From: a candidate division FCPU426 bacterium
GTDB lineage: Bacteria > Oederibacteriota > JAAXVQ01 > JAUVAV01
Reading direction: 5' to 3'
NCBI GenBank assembly: GCA_040756875.1
Contig: JBFLYH010000002.1
Coordinates: 382,526 to 446,525 of the forward strand
Length of the DNA stretch: 64,000 nucleotides
Shown here: positions 42,019 to 48,385 of the stretch, one piece after another
Layout: each line of letters opens with the position of its first letter
How positions within the stretch are numbered: position 1 is the stretch's first letter
Position numbers and translations under genes: made by a program
Notes under the pieces: model-generated
Database searches by the model: none
What the model was told of the DNA's origin: nothing
Seen by the model: the letters and a program-made list of their open reading frames with translations, nothing else

Positions 42019-42058
42019 TTTTCTGTAGGGGCGTTCAATTGAACGCCCCTACAGAAAA
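42019..42058. repeat. GTAG-family REP palindrome (extended)
   Basis: ttttctgtaggggcgttcaattgaacgcccctacagaaaa. Confidence 0.9.
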
Positions 42059-42093
42059 CGAAAACCCTATCACGCCTGCAAATCTCTCATACC

Positions 42094-42453
42094 CTACCGC
42101 AGCGGGCGGGAAACCTGCCGCTGGATGGTCTTGAGCACGCCCTCCACGTTGGTCAAGACCTCGTTGTTCCAAAACCGCAAGACAGTGAACCCCTGCGCCT
42201 TCAGCCAGCCATCGCGTTCCTGATGCTCGTCCTTATTCTCCACATGTTGCCCGCCGTCCAGTTCGATGACCAGTTTCTTCTCCAGGCTGATGAAATCGAC
42301 AATGTAATTTCCCAATGGCTGTTGACACCTGAAGCTCATGCTTTCGAACCGTTTGCCGCGAAGGCGCTGCCACAGATAGGCTTCGGTGTCGGTTGTGTTT
42401 TTTCCCGGTTCTTGGGCCAGCGGCGTCAGTGCGGTACCTCGTTCGGATTTCAT
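42094..42453 (-). CDS. DUF559 (Vsr-like) endonuclease domain protein
   Basis: EAYLWQRLR...YIVDF...LVIELDGGQH...RDGWL...GFTVLRFWN. Confidence 0.85.
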   Translation of the reverse strand: MKSERGTALTPLAQEPGKNTTDTEAYLWQRLRGKRFESMSFRCQQPLGNYIVDFISLEKKLVIELDGGQHVENKDEHQERDGWLKAQGFTVLRFWNNEVLTNVEGVLKTIQRQVSRPLR

Positions 42454-42458
42454 TTTGT

Positions 42459-42499
42459 CACCCTCTCCCTCGCCCTCCCCCCCCTCAAGGGGGAGGGGA
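42459..42499. repeat. CCCTC-family hairpin upstream of the DUF559 gene
   Basis: caccctctccctcgccctcccccccctcaagggggagggga. Confidence 0.65.
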
Positions 42500-42539
42500 A
42501 ACATAAAAACACCTATCCCACAAAATATAATGTGCGGGA

Positions 42540-43184
42540 CTACATCTCCGCCTTTTTCCTCACCTGATACCGGATGATGGTGTAGTAGTCCTTGGGGCTC
42601 GTGAAGGGCATGCCCGGGCCGCGCAAATATTCCTCTTCGTGCGGGCCCGCGATCTCGTACCCCTGGGCCGCGATGTAGTCGGTCAGCTTCTGGATGGTCT
42701 CTGACTCGGTGTCATAGGGGCCGACGTGCAGGATTTCCGCGACCTCGCCGTAGGCCCAGGTGCCCAGGCGCGGCGCCAGCCCGGCTCCGGCCTTCGCAGG
42801 CGGCAGGGATTGGACCGTGGCGGGCACCGGGATCGCGGCCGAGCCTTTCCAGGGCGACTTTTCCAATTGCTTGAGGCGCTCCTCGGGCGGCAGGCTCATG
42901 TCCAGCATGTTTTCGTAGCGCGCCGCAGGCGCGGACATGCCCGGCCCCTTGGGAACCCCGGACAGGCTGAAATAAGTCTTCATGAGCACGCCGAAAACTT
43001 CCTGCAGCTGGCCGGCCGGAACCTCGAACGGCACTTCCAGCACGTAGGCATCGGCCTTGGCCGTGATCCGCGGTTCCTTGAGCGGTTCATACTGGGCCAG
43101 ATCCGGCCCTTTGAACATGAAAAACACCAGCCCGCCGACAACCGCAACCAGCACAATCCCCACCCCGATGATCCACTTCCACAT
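42540..43184 (-). CDS. GyrI-like small-molecule binding domain protein with N-terminal anchor
   Basis: VAEILHVGPYDTE...GYEIAGPHEEEYL...TIIRY. Confidence 0.8.
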   Translation of the reverse strand: MWKWIIGVGIVLVAVVGGLVFFMFKGPDLAQYEPLKEPRITAKADAYVLEVPFEVPAGQLQEVFGVLMKTYFSLSGVPKGPGMSAPAARYENMLDMSLPPEERLKQLEKSPWKGSAAIPVPATVQSLPPAKAGAGLAPRLGTWAYGEVAEILHVGPYDTESETIQKLTDYIAAQGYEIAGPHEEEYLRGPGMPFTSPKDYYTIIRYQVRKKAEM

Positions 43185-43220
43185 GATTTCCTCCTCCGAA
43201 AGATTCTGCGGCCGAGGCCG

Positions 43221-43829
43221 CTACCGCTTCCCCATCTTGCGCAGCACGCCGATGACAATGCCCTGGATGCGCAGCTGTTCCTCGGGCACGTAGATCGGCC
43301 GCATGGCCGCGTTGGCCGGCTGCAGCCGGATCTGGCCGGCCTCGCGGTAGAAGCGCTTGACCGTGGCCTCGTGCTCGATAAGCGCCACCACGATCTCGCC
43401 GTTCTGCGCGTGCTCGCGTTTTTCCACGACGATGAAGTCGCCGTCCAGAATGTGGTCCTCGATCATGGAGTCGCCCTTCACGCGCAGCACGAAGGTCTCG
43501 CCGCGGCCGAGCAGATCCTCGGGCAGGGCCATGGACTCGGGCTGCTCCAGGGCTTCGATGGGCGAACCCGCGGCCACCAGGCCGAGCAGGCGCACGTTCT
43601 GCGCCCGCGGCTGCTCCGGCAGGGACGTGGTCTCCATCTGCCGCGCCCGGCCGCCTTCCCGCCGGATCAAGCCCTTGGCCTCCAGGTGCTTGAGGTGCTG
43701 GTACACCGTGGCCACGGAGGAAAGGCCGAGCGCCTCCCCGATCTCGCGCAGGGTGGGCGCGTAGCCGTGTTCGCGACGGTAGCTTTCCACGAAGTCCAAA
43801 ACTTCTTTCTGCTTGCGCGTCAGCATCAT
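43221..43829 (-). CDS. lexA: LexA repressor
   Basis: LTRKQKEVL...PTLREIG, VAAG cleavage site, GDSM, ATVKRF. Confidence 0.96.
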   Translation of the reverse strand: MMLTRKQKEVLDFVESYRREHGYAPTLREIGEALGLSSVATVYQHLKHLEAKGLIRREGGRARQMETTSLPEQPRAQNVRLLGLVAAGSPIEALEQPESMALPEDLLGRGETFVLRVKGDSMIEDHILDGDFIVVEKREHAQNGEIVVALIEHEATVKRFYREAGQIRLQPANAAMRPIYVPEEQLRIQGIVIGVLRKMGKR

Positions 43830-44317
43830 CGCAGGATCTGCCTCCTATAGGATATGGAAAGCGCGGCCGCCATCAGGGCCTCCAGGTGATCGTCCTCGGC
43901 GCCAGTCGGAGAGGAGAGGGGAGGCGTCGTGGTGTCCGAGGTGCCCTCTCCCCGCCGGACGAAAAGAGGGGGGGATGGGAGTTCTCTTTCCGTCACAGCG
44001 ATGTTCTGCCTGTTCCGCAGGCGCCGGATCTGCCTCAGGCGCGCCGCGAGCTTGGCCGGCGGATTCGCACGGTCGACCGGAAAAGCGGCCAACACTTCAA
44101 AATCCACGGGCCTAAATCCCGGCAGCGGCCGGGCCTTAAGCGGGGACTGCGGGCGCGGTTTAGTCCGGCCGAACAGCGCGGCCAGTGACGGCCGCAGCCA
44201 TTCGTCCCAGAATTCCGTACGCAGCCGTTCCAGAAGGCGGGTGGAATCCCGGCCCTGCCCCAACTCGGCGTTGACGAAAATGGCGAAGAATGCAGGGTCT
44301 GAATTGCCGAAGATCAT
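43826..44317 (-). CDS. Hypothetical protein coupled to lexA
   Basis: AAGGAGG SD before the ATG at 44317; stop overlaps the lexA ATG (ATGA). Confidence 0.45.
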   Translation of the reverse strand: MIFGNSDPAFFAIFVNAELGQGRDSTRLLERLRTEFWDEWLRPSLAALFGRTKPRPQSPLKARPLPGFRPVDFEVLAAFPVDRANPPAKLAARLRQIRRLRNRQNIAVTERELPSPPLFVRRGEGTSDTTTPPLSSPTGAEDDHLEALMAAALSISYRRQILR

Positions 44318-44432
44318 GGGAATTCCTCCTTGTGGGCTCTTGCCGTTCTTCACGGTTTCCTCCTGGAATTTTTCGCTTCTGCGGTTCGCCCGGTCCGCTG
44401 CTGGCGGACAACTCAAAACCATCATCAGAAGC

Positions 44433-44513
44433 GAACAAAAAACGAAAATAAAGAACAAAAAAAATTCAAATCAATTCTGATTAATGTTTATCATTTGTTC
44501 GGGTGGTTGTCAA
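44433..44513 (-). promoter_or_regulatory. Putative sigma70 promoter and LexA operators for the lexA operon
   Basis: TTGACA (44508-44513)-N17-TAAACA; GTTT-N7-GTTC at 44486-44500 and GAAC-N7-GAAA at 44433-44447. Confidence 0.55.
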
Positions 44514-44548
44514 GATTATTTTCGCTTTTTTTTCGCTAATAAATTATG

Positions 44549-44722
44549 GCCACAGATGCACACAGATAAACACAGAAAAAGGACCACAAAACACACGAAG
44601 GAAAAATAAAAAAACACCGAGGAAGTCCGGGGTTAAATCTTTAACTCCGGACATTTTTTTCGTGTTCTTCGTGGCTCGTTTTTATCTGCTTTTATCCGCG
44701 TGTATCTGTGTGCGTCTGTGGC
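44549..44722. repeat. Nested palindromic element (CCACAGAT/CACGAA arms)
   Basis: gccacagatgcacacagat / atctgtgtgcgtctgtggc arms (1 mismatch) around the gtccggggttaaa-tc-tttaactccggac hairpin. Confidence 0.7.
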
Positions 44723-44730
44723 GGTCTGTT

Positions 44731-44937
44731 TCAGCGGCGCTTCTTTTTGGCCGGCTTGGCCGGTGGTTTGGCCTGGTACCAGATCGTGGCCGAGAAGCAG
44801 GTGGACTTGCGGTCCGGATCGTAAAGCTTGTCCACCCGCACGTCCACGACTTTGCCGGGTTCGGTGGCCAGGAAGGCGTTCATCTCGCCCTCCAGGCGCA
44901 CCTCGTCGTTGCAGCCGAAAATTTTAATCCGATCCAT
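44731..44937 (-). CDS. Small Cse60/DUF2758-like protein
   Basis: RIKIF...LEGEMNAFL...VVDV...FSATIWY; overlaps the trxB end. Confidence 0.55.
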   Translation of the reverse strand: MDRIKIFGCNDEVRLEGEMNAFLATEPGKVVDVRVDKLYDPDRKSTCFSATIWYQAKPPAKPAKKKRR

Positions 44938-45868
44938 CTCGTTTCACCTCGCGCGCGATTTTTTCCGCCTCCAGGGCGGCGATGGTTCCGTCCGCCACGG
45001 CGGTGGTGATCTGCCGGTACGTCTTGACGCGTATGTCGCCGGCGGCCAGCACTCCCGGCTGGGAGGTATGCATCAGTTCGTCGGTCGGAATGTAGCCGCG
45101 GTCGTCGAGCCGCACCTGCCCCTTGACCAGGCTGGTCTTGGGCGTGAAGCCCACGTACACGAACACGCCGTCGGCCGGGATCAGCTTGCGCTGCCCGGTG
45201 GCCAGGTCCTCCACCTCCACGCCTTCGAAGCGCTCGCTCCCCGCGTAGGCCCGCGGCTCGTGGGCCAGCAGGAAATCGATTTTGGGATTGGCGCGCGCCG
45301 CTTCGGCCGCCACGGCGCTGGCCTGGAAGTGGTCGAACTGGTGCACGATCGTGACCCGGCGGGCGAACTGGGTGAGGAAGATGGATTCCTCCAGGGCGGA
45401 GTTGCCGCCGCCGATGACCACCACGTGCTTGTCCTGGTAAAAATCACCGTCACAGGTGGCGCAATACGAGAGGCCGCGGCCGCGGAACGCCTGTTCGCCC
45501 GGCAGGCCCAGCTTGCGCGGCTCCTGGCCCATGGCCAGGATGACCGCGGGCGCGGTCAGGGTCTCCTCCTCGTCCAGTTCCACGTATTTGCGGCGCTGGG
45601 TCAGGTCGAGCTTGGTGACTTCCACGGCGTTGAAAAACTCCGCGCCGAAGTGCTTGGCCTGCTCCTCCATGGTGCGCGCCAGTTCGCTGCCCCGCACCTG
45701 CGGGTGCACGCCCGGGTAGTTGGCCACCAGGTGCGTGGTCTTCATCCATCCGCCGGGCAGGTTCTCCTCGACCACCGCGGTCTTGAGTTTGGCCCGGCTG
45801 GCGTAGAGCGCGGCCGCGAGCCCGGCCGGGCCGCCGCCTAAAATAACGACGTCAAAGGTTTTGGCCAC
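44924..45868 (-). CDS. trxB: Thioredoxin reductase
   Basis: GGGPAG, YCATCDG, GGGNSALEE, AAGD...RQITTAVADG. Confidence 0.93.
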   Translation of the reverse strand: MAKTFDVVILGGGPAGLAAALYASRAKLKTAVVEENLPGGWMKTTHLVANYPGVHPQVRGSELARTMEEQAKHFGAEFFNAVEVTKLDLTQRRKYVELDEEETLTAPAVILAMGQEPRKLGLPGEQAFRGRGLSYCATCDGDFYQDKHVVVIGGGNSALEESIFLTQFARRVTIVHQFDHFQASAVAAEAARANPKIDFLLAHEPRAYAGSERFEGVEVEDLATGQRKLIPADGVFVYVGFTPKTSLVKGQVRLDDRGYIPTDELMHTSQPGVLAAGDIRVKTYRQITTAVADGTIAALEAEKIAREVKRDGSD

Positions 45869-45877
45869 GGCGCTTCC

Positions 45878-46204
45878 CTACCCTTCCAGCAAGGCCTCGA
45901 CCGCGGCCTTGAGTTCGGATTTCTTGATGTCGCCGGTGAGCCGCTGGCCCACCTCTTGCCCGCCGCGAAAGAACACCAGCGTGGGGCTGCTGCTCACGTT
46001 CAGCCGTTCGGCCAGGGGCCGGTTGCCCTGCCGGAAGATCTTAAGAAATTTCACGTGGCCTTCGAATCCCTGGGCCACTGACTCGAACTTGGGCGCCAGC
46101 GCCTCGCAGGGCGGGCACTCGGTGGAAAAGAAATCCAGCACCACGGGTTGCTCGGACTGGAGCACCTGGGCTTCGAATTGGTCCTGATTGATTTCCTGGC
46201 TCAT
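45878..46204 (-). CDS. trxA: Thioredoxin (CPPC)
   Basis: VVLDFFSTECPPCEAL...PTLVFF; AAGGAGG SD; ATG overlaps the rSAM stop. Confidence 0.88.
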   Translation of the reverse strand: MSQEINQDQFEAQVLQSEQPVVLDFFSTECPPCEALAPKFESVAQGFEGHVKFLKIFRQGNRPLAERLNVSSSPTLVFFRGGQEVGQRLTGDIKKSELKAAVEALLEG

Positions 46205-47574
46205 GGCTTCATCGCCTCCTTTATTTTTTGTTCCAATCTGTCGGCGTGCCAGCGCAGCCCCTGCTCCCATACTGCGGCAATGGGTTTGCAGTCCGGTGCT
46301 GACAGGCTTCCCTGGCGCGCGTGCGCCAGGGCGCCGCAGCCGGCGCCGCAGGCCGGCGCCACGGGGCAGTCCGCGCAGGCGGCGACGGTTTCCACGCGGC
46401 GCGCCTGCCAGCGTGCAAGCTGCGGCCCCGGCTCCCAGGCCGGGTCATAGCGCCCCAGGCGGTGGGCCGGATGGCCCAGGGTGGCCGTGCAGCCGTACAC
46501 ATGCCCCGAGGGATCGAACCCCCACTCATGCTTGCCGGCCGGGCAGGCGTCGAAGCGCGGGGCGAGCATCTCGCCCTGTTCCAGCCATTCGGTCAGGCCG
46601 TAGAACGAAGGCTGGTGGAAGCGGCGGAGTTCGGGATGCCGGCCGGCCAGGTCCACGTAGGCCGCGTACATCTCCTCGAGCCCGAACAGTTCCTGCGGGC
46701 AGGCATACGCGTCATACAGTTCGTAGTTGCGGCCCAGCTGGGTCTTGAAGCGGCCCGCAGGCTGGTCCAGCCAGCCGCGCTCGCCCGCGATCCGGGCCAG
46801 GTCCGCCAGGCCGGCCAGGTTGCTGCGGTCCACCACGGCCCGCAGATTGACCGTGTACCCGGCGGCCAGGGCCGCGTCCACGCCGCGGACAATGCGCCAG
46901 AACGTCGGCTCGCCGGAGCGGGTGCGGCGGCGCTGGTCGTGCTGGTCCGGACCTCCGTCCAGCGTGACTTGAATTTCCTTGATCCGCGCCAGCTGCAGGT
47001 CTGCCAGCCACTCCTCCAGCCGGAAGCCGTTGGTGACCACGGCCACAGCCAGGCCCCGCTCCTTGCTGGCCGTCAGGATTTTGCGCACCACGCGCCGCAA
47101 GGCCGGCCCTGCGCCGAGGGGTTCGCCGCCAAAGAGCGTGACAAAACGCTCGCGCCCCGCCCCGACGGGCGCATCCAGGGCCAGTTCCACCTGGCGCTCG
47201 CTCATCAGGCCCGAGGCGTCGAAAGAGCGCTGGTAGCAGTACGGGCAGGCCAGCTCGCAGGCGTACGTCGGCACCAGCAGCAGCTGCACCGGGGTCTGCG
47301 CGTAGGCTTCATCGAATTCCCGCCGCCGCTCCTGCTGGTACGCGGCCGCGGCTGCGGGCGACGGGAAGAAGAACCCTTCCTCCAGCCATTCGCGGCGCGG
47401 CGCCCGGACCGCTTCCGGCGCGGTCAGGGCCCGGGCTTCCCCGGGCGAAACCAGGTGCAGCGCGCCGGACAGCGTGTTGACCGCGGCCTGGCGGCAGCCG
47501 GCCAGGGGCCGGGGCAGATTGAGCAGCAGGGTGTGCGGACTGCGCACCGCCTCCTGCGCCGGCGCTTCAATCAT
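46201..47574 (-). CDS. Radical SAM/SPASM peptide maturase
   Basis: CELACPYC, FGGEP, TNG, TLDG; SPASM CPAG...G.VYGC...CADC...CGAGC...C; N-terminal extension resembling a RiPP recognition element (RRE). Confidence 0.9.
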   Translation of the reverse strand: MIEAPAQEAVRSPHTLLLNLPRPLAGCRQAAVNTLSGALHLVSPGEARALTAPEAVRAPRREWLEEGFFFPSPAAAAAYQQERRREFDEAYAQTPVQLLLVPTYACELACPYCYQRSFDASGLMSERQVELALDAPVGAGRERFVTLFGGEPLGAGPALRRVVRKILTASKERGLAVAVVTNGFRLEEWLADLQLARIKEIQVTLDGGPDQHDQRRRTRSGEPTFWRIVRGVDAALAAGYTVNLRAVVDRSNLAGLADLARIAGERGWLDQPAGRFKTQLGRNYELYDAYACPQELFGLEEMYAAYVDLAGRHPELRRFHQPSFYGLTEWLEQGEMLAPRFDACPAGKHEWGFDPSGHVYGCTATLGHPAHRLGRYDPAWEPGPQLARWQARRVETVAACADCPVAPACGAGCGALAHARQGSLSAPDCKPIAAVWEQGLRWHADRLEQKIKEAMKP

Positions 47575-47692
47575 GGCAGCCGGAAATGGTCTTGGTCTCC
47601 TTGGCGCAGCACTGGGCTGATTTCAGACTGGGGCAGCAGGGCTTGCTTCCCTTTTTCTTTCCCGGTTTCTTGCCTGAGGCAATGCGGATCAT
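47567..47692 (-). CDS. Putative RiPP precursor peptide, 41 aa: MIRIASGKKPGKKKGSKPCCPSLKSAQCCAKETKTISGCHD
   Basis: Read by hand (below the ORF-track cutoff); AAAGGA SD; ATGA overlap with the methyltransferase stop; 8-nt overlap with the rSAM start; 5 Cys. Confidence 0.8.
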   Translation of the reverse strand: MIRIASGKKPGKKKGSKPCCPSLKSAQCCAKETKTISGCHD

Positions 47693-48339
47693 GATGGAGT
47701 TCCTTTCCGGGCCCGCACAAGGGCCGCTGTGAAGTCATAACCGTTTTTTTGGTATTGCCGTCCCGGGGACGCTTCCCGGACGTCGAATCCCACCGCGCGG
47801 AAAACCGCCTCCAGCTCGGGCAGGGTCAGGCAGCCGCCGAAGCACGCGGCGCGGGCCTGCGGATCCTGACGGATCGCCGCGGGCAGCGGCTCCCGCGTGA
47901 CTGGCTCGGCGAGCACGGCCGTACCGCCGGGTTTGAGCACGCGGTAAAGCTCCGCGGCCGCCCCGCGCGGGTCCTCGGCGTGGTTGAAGCTGCAGTCGCA
48001 CACCACCCAGTCAAACGCCGCGTCCGCGAACGGCAGGGCTTCGATCCGGCCGCTCACCCACTCGATCCGGTGGTCGGGCCGGCTGCGCTGGGCCTCGGCC
48101 AGCATGGCCGGCGAGGCGTCCACGCCGGCCAGACGTCCGGCCTCCGGGTGTTTCTCAGCCAGGGCGCGCAGCAAGCCGCCGCGGCCGCAGCCCACGTCGA
48201 GCAGCGACTGGCCCGGCCTCAGCGCAATTGCGTCAGCCACGTCCGTGCGGCAGCCCAAAGGCCCGCCGCCGGCCGCCAGGCTGGCATAGCGCTCCGCAAT
48301 GGCGAGGGAAATGTGCGGATCCGGGGAGGTGTTTTTCAT
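47689..48339 (-). CDS. Class I SAM methyltransferase, ArsM-like
   Basis: LDVGCGRG, GVD.SPAM, LPF.DA.FD, RVLKPGG; Cys motifs LGC, VVCDCSFN, ACFGGC. Confidence 0.8.
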   Translation of the reverse strand: MKNTSPDPHISLAIAERYASLAAGGGPLGCRTDVADAIALRPGQSLLDVGCGRGGLLRALAEKHPEAGRLAGVDASPAMLAEAQRSRPDHRIEWVSGRIEALPFADAAFDWVVCDCSFNHAEDPRGAAAELYRVLKPGGTAVLAEPVTREPLPAAIRQDPQARAACFGGCLTLPELEAVFRAVGFDVREASPGRQYQKNGYDFTAALVRARKGTPS

Positions 48340-48350
48340 ATTAGTTATTT

Positions 48351-48378
48351 ATTATATGTATTCGGGCGGGTCTGTCAA
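48351..48378 (-). promoter_or_regulatory. Consensus sigma70 promoter of the methyltransferase-peptide-rSAM operon
   Basis: TTGACA-N16-TATAAT, 11 nt upstream of the ATG. Confidence 0.75.
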
Positions 48379-48385
48379 GTTTTTC

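Noticed and set aside
33475-42058. 28-bp GTAGGGGCG repeats as CRISPR repeats
   Set aside because: They are dispersed, separated by whole genes and associated with a RAYT, so they are REPs
47540-47569. Selenocysteine read-through of the peptide TGA
   Set aside because: No evident SECIS-like hairpin, and read-through gives low-complexity off-frame rSAM sequence
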